This document shows, piece after piece, positions 9,039 through 18,688 of a stretch of DNA of 64,000 nt. The notes under the pieces are model-generated. The model was not told the DNA's origin. It worked only from the letters and a program-made list of their open reading frames with translations, and made no database searches. How positions within the stretch are numbered: position 1 is the stretch's first letter; every line of letters starts with the position of its first letter. The position numbers were made by a program, and so were the translations under genes. This stretch comes from an uncultured Candidatus Saccharibacteria bacterium (lineage in GTDB: Bacteria; Patescibacteriota; UBA1384; XYA2-FULL-43-10; 1-14-0-10-43-13): assembly GCA_964543385.1 (NCBI GenBank), contig CAZIYE010000001.1, positions 356,933-420,932 on the forward strand, read 5' to 3'.

Positions 9039-10829
9039 TTATTTATTATAATCAAACTCAACACTTATTTTATCCGCAATCATTGGGGTTCTTTGCCAGA
9101 AGTTCGGCAAGATATTTATAGAAGAAGAATCTACGCCGTCAACTGAACTTAGATATGATTTGGCTGCTTTTACATCTTTATTTTTAATATTGCTCTTAAC
9201 CATATCAACGTCGATCTTCTTGCCAACCTTACCAGTGAAAACAGCCTCTAGCTCCATTTCCCCGTTATCGATATTACTTGTCTTAACCTTATAAACGATA
9301 TTACTCTTTTCAGGATTGATAATCATTTCGTTAACATCTATCTTGCCTTCTATTCCCTTTGTGACTGTCTTCTTAATATCATCCTCCAGAAAACCCAGAA
9401 CAAAGAATTTGATTTTCATTTTAAAATCAAAGCTATCTGATTCATCGTCAACCTTTTTAGAAGCATCTTGCGAAACAGTCTCCGAGCTTATTTGACCTTC
9501 TAGAATCTTCAAATTACTTTCTGTAGCCTTGGCGGCTAATTCTTTCTTAGCCAATTCAAGTAGCTCAGCCTTTATATCAGCTTCCGCTTTTGTTAAGTCT
9601 TCCTCTGTTACAATTTTAACTTCTTTGTTAGTGCCACCAGTAAAAGCAGCTTTGCTCTCTGCAAAAACCTTAGTACTAACAAAACCTGCAACATCAAACT
9701 TTCTGGCTGAAAGATTGAAAGTATCACCAGATTTGTCAGCCACAACCTCAACATCAATAGTGCCAGCAGTAGTTTTAAGAACTGGAATATTATTTTCTAT
9801 CGCTGCAGTCGCCTTTGCAACTGGAACTATAACTTCGGCTTGTAAGATAAATTCTTTTGAATCACTAACTATTTTAGTGCCTTTTGCTAGTTTGATAGAA
9901 CTTTGAAAATTATAAAGGTTAGATATCGTGACAGTGCCTTTTGCCTTTTCCCCTACATTTTTTTTACCAGTAGAAGCAACTGTCTTGGTAGATTCCTTTT
10001 CCAAGTCCACAATTTTTCCAGGAGCTGCCAATGTCTCATTGGCAGATTTTATATCCCGGCCTACAAGCACACTGACTTTTTCGTCTATGTCTCTGGTCTT
10101 TAAAATTACTGTTGCTTTTGCACTAGGCAAGAAATAAACTCCGGAACCGATGATCACTACAAACAAAGCTGCGACAATTATAGCAAATAAGATTCTCCTC
10201 GAACCCTCTGTCTTGATATGTTTCTTCTTTATTATTGGATCCTGGTTATCTTGCTTCATGTAGGCTTTATCATTATTTATATATTGATCTTTATCATCAT
10301 AATTTTCCTCACTGTCTATTTCAACTTGTTGATCAATTTCGTCCTCGTAGTGCTCTATGCTTCTTTTCTTGAATTGAGGCTCTTCTTCATTATCATCTTC
10401 TACAGAATCATCAACATTTGTTTCCTCCACCCCTTCGTCAGAATCAACTTTGGCATTTAGATTAGCCAGAGAATAACGTTTGTAGGCATTGACCTTCAGG
10501 CCCATATCGCTATTAGAATTATCTTGACCTGATTTTAGTTCTTCGGCCACCGGCTTTATATGGGCCTTCTCTGCTTCAGCAACATTCGAAAAAACACTGA
10601 TTTTCAATTGATTGGCTAAATTCGCAGTAATTTTATCAGCAGAGACCAATGCTGTCGCTTTGCCATGAGTCTTAGCACTACGCATAAGCAACTTAAGATT
10701 GATGATACTCTGACCGATAGTTCCGCCACGAGGAACAACCAAAATGACAACCTCATTCTGGCTTTTCCTTATCTTATCAATGACAGAGGTTATTTCCTCA
10801 TCTGCTTCTAAATATATAATGTCGTTCAT
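9039..10829 (-). CDS. hypothetical membrane protein (cytoplasmic N-domain, acidic linker, one TM, long extracytoplasmic tail)
   Basis: 596 aa; Asp/Glu-rich linker, single TM (ILFAIIVAALFVVIIGSGVYF), Lys/Thr-rich repeat-like C-terminal region; sits where ftsZ would normally follow ftsA. Confidence 0.5.
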   Translation of the reverse strand: MNDIIYLEADEEITSVIDKIRKSQNEVVILVVPRGGTIGQSIINLKLLMRSAKTHGKATALVSADKITANLANQLKISVFSNVAEAEKAHIKPVAEELKSGQDNSNSDMGLKVNAYKRYSLANLNAKVDSDEGVEETNVDDSVEDDNEEEPQFKKRSIEHYEDEIDQQVEIDSEENYDDKDQYINNDKAYMKQDNQDPIIKKKHIKTEGSRRILFAIIVAALFVVIIGSGVYFLPSAKATVILKTRDIDEKVSVLVGRDIKSANETLAAPGKIVDLEKESTKTVASTGKKNVGEKAKGTVTISNLYNFQSSIKLAKGTKIVSDSKEFILQAEVIVPVAKATAAIENNIPVLKTTAGTIDVEVVADKSGDTFNLSARKFDVAGFVSTKVFAESKAAFTGGTNKEVKIVTEEDLTKAEADIKAELLELAKKELAAKATESNLKILEGQISSETVSQDASKKVDDESDSFDFKMKIKFFVLGFLEDDIKKTVTKGIEGKIDVNEMIINPEKSNIVYKVKTSNIDNGEMELEAVFTGKVGKKIDVDMVKSNIKNKDVKAAKSYLSSVDGVDSSSINILPNFWQRTPMIADKISVEFDYNK

Positions 10830-10880
10830 AGTATGGTTATAAAGTGACCAGTTATTTCTTCTATATTCCCCTATCTACCC

Positions 10881-12131
10881 TTAGCTTCTCAATCCTTCTG
10901 TAATTCTTTCAACCAGCCCATCTACCACACCCTCTTCTCCGGCGAGATCAATTGCTAAATTTGCAAGAGCCATTGGAGTAATATCTTGAGAACCAGTCAA
11001 CTTGCCCGTCTCGTCCTTTATAGAGATAAGTTGCTTTGGTTTTATAAAGTCAACTTTCGGCTGTTTTGCAAAAGGCAATCTTTTCACCCAGCTCTTTTTC
11101 TCTAAATACTCCTGAATATCTGGCAATAATGAACCGCCCCCACAAAGCAAAATCTTTGATGGCAAAAGCTCGATATTTGCAAAGTCTTCTAAAGCTAATT
11201 CTACACCCGCTAGCCAAACTTCACAATCATTTTCTATTGCTTTCTTTATCTTCGCATATATTTCAGAATCAGTCGGTATTTTTCCTGCTGAATAGTCAAT
11301 CTTCAGTTTCTCTGCCTCTGCAAATGTCTTATCAAAGGCATCAGCAATCGATTTAGTGAAAACACGTCCGCCGATAGCAAACATCTTAGTGCCCTCGACT
11401 CCGCCGCCTCGAACAACAGCAATATCAGTGGTACCTCCACCAATATCAATAAAGATTGAGGAAAATTCTGCTGAATCCTCAAGCCCGACACACCTAGCCA
11501 CCGCATACGGTTCAGCGGCGATAGAGAGCAGATCTAGTCCGAGCTCTTCGGCTATCGTCTGTAGGGCACCAAGATGAACAATAGGAGCAAAGGCATTGAA
11601 AATACCTACCTGGATATCTCTTCCCTGAAAACCAACAGGATTGGTCACCTTGTAGCCATCTATTCGAACATCAACAACTGCAGAGTTAACGAGTTTAACA
11701 TCAAGCTCAGCCTGACCAGTCTCCCAAGCGAGCTCGCTCCGAGTCTTCTCAAATGCCCTGCTTTGGACCTGTTCTATAATTTCTCTCAATTCTTTGACTG
11801 TAATTTTTTCTTTGGGTTTTTCTCGTGTGTAATGGACTGTTGTAGTGGCTCCCTTTACCAATTCTCCGGCAATTCCAATAACACATTGCTTTGGCGAAAC
11901 CTGAGCTACCTCGAAGGCATCTTCAAGCGCCTCATTGCAATTTTTTATGACTCCATAAATGTCGGTAACCCTTCCTCCTTGCATATCAGAAAGCTGCTGT
12001 TTCTTCTTCGAAGTGCCAACAACGTAAGCTACGTCACTCTCTATACGAAAAATAAGTACTTTGACATACTCAGTACCTATATCGAGTGATATAGCATAAT
12101 TTTTTCTACTTTTCTTCGCAAATAGTCCCAC
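10881..12131 (-). CDS. ftsA: cell division protein FtsA
   Basis: 416 aa; actin-like ATPase motifs (…ISLDIGTEYVK…, …IDIGGGTTDIAVV…); GTG start with GAGGGG SD; TATAAT -10 on the minus strand at ~12158-12163. Confidence 0.85.
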   Translation of the reverse strand: MGLFAKKSRKNYAISLDIGTEYVKVLIFRIESDVAYVVGTSKKKQQLSDMQGGRVTDIYGVIKNCNEALEDAFEVAQVSPKQCVIGIAGELVKGATTTVHYTREKPKEKITVKELREIIEQVQSRAFEKTRSELAWETGQAELDVKLVNSAVVDVRIDGYKVTNPVGFQGRDIQVGIFNAFAPIVHLGALQTIAEELGLDLLSIAAEPYAVARCVGLEDSAEFSSIFIDIGGGTTDIAVVRGGGVEGTKMFAIGGRVFTKSIADAFDKTFAEAEKLKIDYSAGKIPTDSEIYAKIKKAIENDCEVWLAGVELALEDFANIELLPSKILLCGGGSLLPDIQEYLEKKSWVKRLPFAKQPKVDFIKPKQLISIKDETGKLTGSQDITPMALANLAIDLAGEEGVVDGLVERITEGLRS

Positions 12132-12180
12132 AAAAACCCCTCATTTTAAGGTATAGATATATTATAACAAAAATTTCGTT

Positions 12181-12223
12181 AAATAAAACAACTGAGTCGG
12201 TCCGCACAATGGCGAACCGACTC
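12181..12223 (-). terminator. intrinsic terminator of the pyrF-pyrE island operon
   Basis: Minus strand: hairpin gagtcggt-tcgccattgtgcgg-accgactc followed by AGTTGTTTTATTT. Confidence 0.6.
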
Positions 12224-12261
12224 GAGTTTGTCCGTATAGGACTATCACCCCCCTTCGATAT

Positions 12262-13011
12262 TTACGCAGCGTTCATGGCCGCTTCCAGAATATCCCATTC
12301 CAGTTTGGGATGGCGCACAACCTGACCGGCAGCAATCAGCGCTGCGACCGTCGGATCATCCTGATGATATTCTTCTGTCGGCCGGAAAATGTCGCATAGT
12401 ATGGGAATCGGCGGTTTGCCGGGCCGACAAAATTCGTGTGTTTCCGGCCACGCCCGATCAACAGCGCAGATCACATATTGGACGATTCCGCCACCCTCTT
12501 CGATGAGATCTGCCATCTTACCGGTGCTTTTGCCATTATTGAAAACGTCTTCTCCGATGGCATAGCGTTTACCGGGGATAATTGGGTGACGACCTGCTTT
12601 GAACATCGAGGCTTTACGGGTGCTCTCCGTTTCCAGCGCAGTCACTATTTCATCCGGAAACCCGTATTCAATCTGGTCGTAGCCACGGTGCCAGCAGATA
12701 TGCGCGATCGCCTCTGAGAGAGTGAGACCGCCCATTGGTGAACCGTAGATCACCTCAGGAAATCCGTTCGCGTGCAGCAGGCCGAACATCATCTCGGCAA
12801 ACTGTACATTATCCGCCGTCCCTTCGACCATAGCGTAATTGTAGTACGCCGCGCCAACCCAGTGATGGATTTCATCATATTTGGCCGAATACTGTACCAA
12901 CGGCCCAACGATTTTACCATCAGGGGTTGACTTCGATTGATAGGACCCGCGGCGTTGCCGCATAAGCAGCAGCAAGCGATCTTGCTCCTGCTGATTTGGT
13001 GAATATAACAC
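12262..13011 (-). CDS. pyrE: orotate phosphoribosyltransferase-like type I PRTase (high-GC island)
   Basis: PRPP-binding motif GKRYAIGEDVFNNGKSTG aligned with the flexible-loop region (…TESTRKASMFKAG…), as in OPRTases. Likely start is GTG at 13011, preceded by AGGAGG and placed 7 nt after the pyrF TAG stop (translational coupling). The longest ORF in the track (to 13101) overlaps pyrF. Confidence 0.6.
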   Translation of the reverse strand: MLYSPNQQEQDRLLLLMRQRRGSYQSKSTPDGKIVGPLVQYSAKYDEIHHWVGAAYYNYAMVEGTADNVQFAEMMFGLLHANGFPEVIYGSPMGGLTLSEAIAHICWHRGYDQIEYGFPDEIVTALETESTRKASMFKAGRHPIIPGKRYAIGEDVFNNGKSTGKMADLIEEGGGIVQYVICAVDRAWPETHEFCRPGKPPIPILCDIFRPTEEYHQDDPTVAALIAAGQVVRHPKLEWDILEAAMNAA

Positions 13012-13024
13012 GATATCGCCTCCT

Positions 13025-13852
13025 CTAGGCGGCTTCTCTGGCCGCCAGACCTTCTTCGATCTCACGCACAGCGCGCGCCACAACACCAGCGATGTCACCA
13101 TCGGCCGGCTTGGTCAGCGGACGCCCCATTACCAGGAAGTCGGAGCCATCGGCGATTGCGATTGCAGGGGTGACGACCTGCTTCTGGTCCTGAACATCTC
13201 CATCGGCGAAGCGGATGCCCGGCGTCACGACCAGGAAATCCCGACCGCAAGCGGCCTTGATCGCCTTGACATGCTGAGCCGAGGCTACAACACCATCGAG
13301 ACCCGCTTCCTTAGCGAGAAGCGCAAGCTGTACTACTACATACTGCACGGCTGCTTTCTCGTTTTCGAAATTGATCCCGTCGGGGCTCTTGTTCATAAGC
13401 CCGAGCTGAAAGAGGTTCGCGTAGTCGAGGCTCGTCAACACAGTGACGCCGATGACGAGTGGCCGCATTGAGAGGCCAAGCGCCACGGCTTCGGCTTCGG
13501 CGGCTTCACGTGCCGCTTTCATCGCCTCAAGCCCGGAAAGACAGTGCATGTTGATCATGTGCACGCCCAGACGGACAAGAGACTTGACCGCGCCCACCAC
13601 CGTGTTCGGAATGTCGGAAAGCTTACCGTCAAGGAAGACGGCCCCACCGATCTCGATAATGTGGCGAATGACTGAGGAGAACTCGCCGGTCATAATGAGT
13701 TCCAGGCCAACCTTAAAGAACTTGACGCCCTTCGCGGCCATCTGGTCCACCATGGCGATTGCCTTTGCCGGCGAATCGAAGTCCAACGGGATGATGATCA
13801 TCCCTGCTACGCTTGCGCATAGCTGAAGCAACCATTGACGTGTTGTCTTCAC
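13025..13852 (-). CDS. pyrF: orotidine-5'-phosphate decarboxylase (high-GC island)
   Basis: OMPDC signature VFLDGKLSDIPNTV (…D-x-K-x2-D-I-P-N-T…); GTG start with GGAGAAGGAGAAGG SD; strongly G+C-rich compared with flanking genes. Confidence 0.75.
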   Translation of the reverse strand: MKTTRQWLLQLCASVAGMIIIPLDFDSPAKAIAMVDQMAAKGVKFFKVGLELIMTGEFSSVIRHIIEIGGAVFLDGKLSDIPNTVVGAVKSLVRLGVHMINMHCLSGLEAMKAAREAAEAEAVALGLSMRPLVIGVTVLTSLDYANLFQLGLMNKSPDGINFENEKAAVQYVVVQLALLAKEAGLDGVVASAQHVKAIKAACGRDFLVVTPGIRFADGDVQDQKQVVTPAIAIADGSDFLVMGRPLTKPADGDIAGVVARAVREIEEGLAAREAA

Positions 13853-14040
13853 TTAGATTACCTTCTCCTTCTCCATATCATTAGATACGGAACACAGCCC
13901 CGATCGAGTCGGGGTCAAGTTGTCGTTCGGTTGTTAACCGATATGGTACAAAAAAAGCTCCGCTATCTTCGAATCATAGCCAAGCCCTCTTATGGTAGTA
14001 ATATAGAGAAAAACTATATGGAAAGCAACAAATATGGTCC

Positions 14041-14075
14041 TATTAATGCGAAAGCGGTCCCCATACGGGGACCGC
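14041..14075. terminator. hairpin terminator downstream of cdsA, weakly bidirectional
   Basis: Perfect hairpin gcggtcccc-atac-ggggaccgc; minus strand is followed by TTTCGCATT. Confidence 0.45.
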
Positions 14076-14083
14076 TCTGCTAA

Positions 14084-14938
14084 TTAACCGACCAGGCTAA
14101 GGATGATATATGCAATTGGCGCTGCATATATCATACTATCGAGCCTGTCGAGTATCCCTCCATGACCGGGGAGAAGGTCACCGGAATCCTTTTTCTTGAA
14201 ATTCCTTTTCAAAAAAGATTCAACCAGGTCTCCGACCTGACCGAGGAGTCCGATAACTGGCCCAAGAAGGACCAGAAACGGGTTATGGAGAGTCATAGCG
14301 AATGCAATTGCAAATGCCAGTGCTGCCACAAAGCCAGCAACCGAACCACCGATGGTCTTCCCCGCGCTGACATCTGGGCAGAGCTTGGCGCTCTTTATCC
14401 GGCTACCGATCAGGTAAGCCGTAATGTCTATTGCCCAAATCGTAACCAGGAATACTAACAGTAGCACAGGCCCCTTGGACAAACTCAATCCCCCGATTTC
14501 AACATGTCCTGGAATAGACCTGATAGCGACTAAGAAGCTTGGCAGCACACTGACATAGACCGCAAACCTGAGAAGGTTCGTAGGTTCTAGGTAGAACTTT
14601 CTATCGAGAAGTTCTGATCCTAGAAAAATGACAGTGAACACAGCAAGCATACAGAGTGGCGCAGACCACAGACTATCAGCCAAAGCAACAGTGCTTAGCA
14701 TGAAAGTGGCGACAGCCATGAAAATCCATGGCAACTTTACAATTCCTTTTACTTCCATCAAGTCACAGTATTCGCTCGCCATGATGGCGATCAAAACAGC
14801 AACAATAATGGAGAATAACAGGTCGTTGCAAAAAAAGATGGCAACAACTGCTAGGGGTATCCCAATCACAGTTACTACCAATCTTTGCAGGAATTTTTTC
14901 ATATCCCTACCCCCGAAACAGCGTGCCACCCTGGTCAC
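14084..14938 (-). CDS. cdsA: phosphatidate cytidylyltransferase
   Basis: CdsA signature …KRNFKKKDSGDLLPGHGGILDRLDSMIY…; probable true start at 14902 (MKKFLQRL…). Confidence 0.85.
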   Translation of the reverse strand: MTRVARCFGGRDMKKFLQRLVVTVIGIPLAVVAIFFCNDLLFSIIVAVLIAIMASEYCDLMEVKGIVKLPWIFMAVATFMLSTVALADSLWSAPLCMLAVFTVIFLGSELLDRKFYLEPTNLLRFAVYVSVLPSFLVAIRSIPGHVEIGGLSLSKGPVLLLVFLVTIWAIDITAYLIGSRIKSAKLCPDVSAGKTIGGSVAGFVAALAFAIAFAMTLHNPFLVLLGPVIGLLGQVGDLVESFLKRNFKKKDSGDLLPGHGGILDRLDSMIYAAPIAYIILSLVG

Positions 14939-14967
14939 GTCTTATGTTTGGTCGTCGTATTTAGCGA

Positions 14968-15020
14968 CCCATAATAATACAAATAAATGGCACTATTGTC
15001 AAGACAATATGCCATTTATT
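14968..15020 (-). terminator. intrinsic terminator downstream of alaS
   Basis: Nested palindrome AAATAAATGGCA-cTATTGTC-aag-GACAATAt-GCCATTTATT, followed on the minus strand by GTATTATTATG. Confidence 0.5.
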
Positions 15021-15044
15021 ACAGAACCATCTATAGTTAAAATA

Positions 15045-16808
15045 TTATTTGAGAACAGCCTTTATTCGTCGAACACCAGAGGAAGAACTCTCTTCTTTTT
15101 GTATTTCAAAATGACCTAGCTCTCCAGTACGACTGGCATGAGGCCCACCACAAATTTCCTTTGAAAATTCACCAATAGTATATACTTTTACTTTTTCACC
15201 ATATTTTGAATCAAATACGCCCATCGCTCCCTGCGCTTTAGCCTCGTCCACACTCATTTCTGTCATATCGATAGATAAATTTTTCTGGATTTGCTCATTG
15301 ACCAAATCCTCCACTTGCTTGATCTGTTCAGGAGTCATCTTCTCCGGATGCGAAAAATCAAACCTCAATCGATCAGGTGTAATATTAGAACCTTTTTGAT
15401 AAACATGATCTCCTAAAACTTTTCGAAGTGCTGCGAGCATCAGATGAGCTGCCGTATGGAGTCTCTTCGTCTCTTCACCAGCATCAGCAAGTCCACCTTT
15501 AAACATACCAGAAGAGGCGGTACGAGATTTTTCTTGATGATCCTTATAAAAAATATTGAATTTATCTATAGCATCATCAGCCAATAACACTTTCCTGACA
15601 TTTAATTCTTCAACAGAAATTTCTAATGGGATACCTCTTGATTGATATAGATCAAAAAGTTCATGGCCGTCTACTTTAACACCATTTTTCTCAAAATGCT
15701 TTTGATAAGAGTTGATTTCGATCAGTCCGGCGATAAGAGTTTTTCTGAATTTGTTCTCCTCTTTTTCAATTTCAGAAAGAATAGTTTCCTTATTGAAGTT
15801 ATACACCCCTTCATAAATCTCAAAGACCTTCTCAGCAATTTTGGTTGTGAAATTTTCACTAATTGCAAGCTGATGGCCTTTAACAATCGCCCGACGAATT
15901 AACCTTCTTAAGACATATCCCCTGTCTTTATTAGATGGTACCACTCCATCATTTATCATAAATGTAGCAGCCTTTAGATGGTCTGCAATAATACGAAAAT
16001 CTTTCTCATTTTCAGAATATTTTTTGCCAGAAATTTGCTCAATTTCTTTTAAAATTAGTTCAAAAAGGTCAGTTTCAAAGACATTATCTCGTCCATCAAG
16101 GTATGACAATATTCTCTCTAATCCACCACCAAAATCAACATTCTTTTGAGTTAAAAGTTCGAATTTGCCATCCTCTGCTTTGTTGTACTCCATAAAAACA
16201 TCGTTGCAAATTTCCACCCAATTTTTGTCTTTTGGATCATATTTTTGAGGTGCTACTCCCCCACCAGTCCAAACAAACATCTCAGTATCAGGGCCACATG
16301 GTCCGGTTACTCCCGCCGGCCCCCACCAGTTATCTTCATAGCCAAGAAAAGCGATTCTTTTCTCCGGGATTCCCAAAGCTTTCCAAATGGCAGCAGACTC
16401 ATTATCTTTTGGGATGCCACTCGATGGATCACCCTCGAAACAGGTAACTGCCAAATTTTTAGGATCAATTTTCAATACCTTGGTTAGAAATTCAAATATG
16501 TATTCTATAGCGTCTTTTTTGAAGTAATCACCAAGCGACCAATATCCAAGCATCTCAAAGAAGGTGCAATGAGTCTTGTCGCCAACTTCATCAATATCGC
16601 CGGTCCTGATACATTTCTGAACATTAGTAAGCCTTTTACCGGCAGGGTGCTTTTCACCTATTAAATATGGCACCAGTGGGTGCATACCAGCAGTTGTAAA
16701 TAAGACTGTGGGATCATTTTCTGGCACCAAAGAAGCAGAAGGAAGCACAAAGTGCCCCTTCTCTTTAAAAAACCCAATAAATTTATTTCTTAACTCTCTT
16801 GAATCCAT
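15045..16808 (-). CDS. alaS: alanyl-tRNA synthetase, short form (catalytic plus editing-motif region, no C-Ala domain)
   Basis: 587 aa; N-terminal …FKEKGHFVLPSASLVPENDPTVLFTTAGM…; HxxxH (HTAAHLM) and CGGPH editing/zinc motifs near the C-terminus. Confidence 0.85.
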   Translation of the reverse strand: MDSRELRNKFIGFFKEKGHFVLPSASLVPENDPTVLFTTAGMHPLVPYLIGEKHPAGKRLTNVQKCIRTGDIDEVGDKTHCTFFEMLGYWSLGDYFKKDAIEYIFEFLTKVLKIDPKNLAVTCFEGDPSSGIPKDNESAAIWKALGIPEKRIAFLGYEDNWWGPAGVTGPCGPDTEMFVWTGGGVAPQKYDPKDKNWVEICNDVFMEYNKAEDGKFELLTQKNVDFGGGLERILSYLDGRDNVFETDLFELILKEIEQISGKKYSENEKDFRIIADHLKAATFMINDGVVPSNKDRGYVLRRLIRRAIVKGHQLAISENFTTKIAEKVFEIYEGVYNFNKETILSEIEKEENKFRKTLIAGLIEINSYQKHFEKNGVKVDGHELFDLYQSRGIPLEISVEELNVRKVLLADDAIDKFNIFYKDHQEKSRTASSGMFKGGLADAGEETKRLHTAAHLMLAALRKVLGDHVYQKGSNITPDRLRFDFSHPEKMTPEQIKQVEDLVNEQIQKNLSIDMTEMSVDEAKAQGAMGVFDSKYGEKVKVYTIGEFSKEICGGPHASRTGELGHFEIQKEESSSSGVRRIKAVLK

Positions 16809-16835
16809 AACCGTTCTAAAATTAATAAACCATTA

Positions 16836-17501
16836 CTAGAAATTAAACACGTTGCCAAAGATTCTTGACCAAACAAAACCTCTGATTTTAGCCTCTTCTT
16901 CCTCTGGCGCAGCCTGTTTTAGCTCGACAGCTTCAAAAATACCAAGTTCTCGAGGATACATTGTTCTGTAAACATTTTGATAATTAATTACTTTCTTCAC
17001 GTAGTTTACAGTTTCTCCTTTTGAATTACTATTAATAATCTTGTCAAAGATATTCCGTCTAATCCAACTATCAGCAGTCCCGGTTCCAGCATTATAGCCT
17101 ACCAGTGCTTGCTCAACAGAACCATTGTATTTCCTCAAGAGGTCACGCAAATGAGCAGCACCAAATTCTACTGAAGTTTCTGCATCAAAAATATCATAAT
17201 TTGGCCATCTGCCAGTCTCCTTTGCCATTGTTGCAGCAGTTCCTGGCATAAATTGCATCAATCCCCTTGCCCCCATCGGAGAAACAGCTTTGGGGTTGAA
17301 TCGGCTTTCCTGAAAAATCACTGCCGCTACCAATGCTGGGTCAACATCATATTTGTCAGAATATGTACGGATATAATCTTCGTACTTCAAAGGATAAACC
17401 TCATCTGCAAACATCTTAGGTAAATAAAAATATAAGGCTAGTGCCCCCAAAACACAAAGAGAAATAGCCAAATATGCTTTAATTTTCTTCTTTTTCAACA
17501 T
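16836..17501 (-). CDS. lytic transglycosylase (SLT domain) with N-terminal TM anchor
   Basis: …IFQESRFNPKAVSPMGARGLMQFMPGTA… SLT catalytic motif. Confidence 0.75.
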   Translation of the reverse strand: MLKKKKIKAYLAISLCVLGALALYFYLPKMFADEVYPLKYEDYIRTYSDKYDVDPALVAAVIFQESRFNPKAVSPMGARGLMQFMPGTAATMAKETGRWPNYDIFDAETSVEFGAAHLRDLLRKYNGSVEQALVGYNAGTGTADSWIRRNIFDKIINSNSKGETVNYVKKVINYQNVYRTMYPRELGIFEAVELKQAAPEEEEAKIRGFVWSRIFGNVFNF

Positions 17502-17572
17502 AGGTATGGCCCTTTTTTATTTGTCTAATAATAACACAGGACAAATGATATGAGAAGTTATCGCCTAGCGAC

Positions 17573-18478
17573 TTACATCCAGCTTCTCTTTCTAAAATAG
17601 AAAAGCATAGTAATACTGATAAAAACAAGGAAACCAAAAATTATTTCGGTTGAGAATCGGCTTTCAGCAAATGGCAATCCAGAAACATTCATTCCATAGA
17701 AACCAGTAATCACTGTCAAAGGAAGCATTATTACCGAAATAATCGTTAGAATCTTCATGACTTCATTCAAACGTTGAGTTAGGAGAGACTCGTTTGTACG
17801 CTGCAACACATCTACAACTTCCTTATTACTGTCTAGAAGTTCCCAAATTCTATCAATCTTATCGGCGATATCTTCATAATAAAATTCCAGGTCTTCGGCA
17901 ATGAATTTTGTCTTAATCGCCTCTAAATCCTCAATAAAATATCGCTGTGGTCGAATAACTCTTCGAAAATTGATAATGTCCTGAGCAATAATCGAAAGTT
18001 CTTCCAACGTATTCCTGGATTGGTCGACATAAAGTTCATCTTCTACACGATCAAGGTTAAATCCTATTTTCTCTAGCATTGGAAAACAATAATTAAATGA
18101 GGTATTCAATATCTCATAAAGCAAATAGGCCGGTGACGAATATTTTAGTTGACCAGTATTTTTTGAAATTTCTGCAAAGTACCTATTAAGTGGTTTAAGA
18201 TCACCATTGTGGAGAGTAATTACATAGTTCTTACCCAAAAAAACGTTTAGTTCTAGTGCGACAGTCCTCCTTGAAACCTTCAAATATCGCGGAAGATGGA
18301 AAACCATAAAAAGATAACTTTCATAATCATCAATCTTCGGCTGCTGTATACTTAAACGGCAATCTTCGATAGCTAAATGGTGAAATTTATATTTTTCTTC
18401 CAAAAAATCTAGATCTGTATTGGTAGGATCAACGATATTTATCCAAGAGAAATTTTTGAATTTTACTTCCTGACGCAT
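17573..18478 (-). CDS. corA: Mg2+/Co2+ transporter CorA
   Basis: 301 aa; YGMNV (GMN) signature and two C-terminal TM helices. Confidence 0.85.
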   Translation of the reverse strand: MRQEVKFKNFSWINIVDPTNTDLDFLEEKYKFHHLAIEDCRLSIQQPKIDDYESYLFMVFHLPRYLKVSRRTVALELNVFLGKNYVITLHNGDLKPLNRYFAEISKNTGQLKYSSPAYLLYEILNTSFNYCFPMLEKIGFNLDRVEDELYVDQSRNTLEELSIIAQDIINFRRVIRPQRYFIEDLEAIKTKFIAEDLEFYYEDIADKIDRIWELLDSNKEVVDVLQRTNESLLTQRLNEVMKILTIISVIMLPLTVITGFYGMNVSGLPFAESRFSTEIIFGFLVFISITMLFYFRKRSWM

Positions 18479-18625
18479 AATTTCCCTATCTATATTAAAT
18501 TGTTTACAGCTTCAATGAATATGCCATATAAATCATATAATGACAAACAAATACTGTCAAAGCAAGAGCCATTTTATGAATTATGGCAAAGAATTAATAG
18601 CTTTTTTACCATCAAATAAGCTAGA

Positions 18626-18655
18626 TTTACAAGAGAAATATTATTGGGCTATAAT
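18626..18655 (+). promoter_or_regulatory. sigma70-like promoter for the FtsX/ABC operon
   Basis: TTTACA, 18-nt spacer, TATAAT; about 35 nt upstream of AAGGGAG-N6-ATG. Confidence 0.45.
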
Positions 18656-18688
18656 ATTGTTTGTTTAATAAAAGCTAAGGGAGCAAAT

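Noticed and set aside
11574-12089. 171-aa plus-strand ORF
   Set aside because: Antisense to ftsA; no SD; shadow ORF.
13012-13101. Upstream extension of the pyrE-like ORF overlapping pyrF by 77 nt
   Set aside because: A GTG at 13011 with AGGAGG 7 nt upstream, immediately after the pyrF stop, gives a classic coupled start; the longer version lacks an SD.
12181-14083. Prophage or transposon as the vehicle for the GC-rich segments
   Set aside because: No integrase, transposase, terminal inverted repeats or obvious target-site duplications could be found by eye at any cassette boundary. Mechanism left open.
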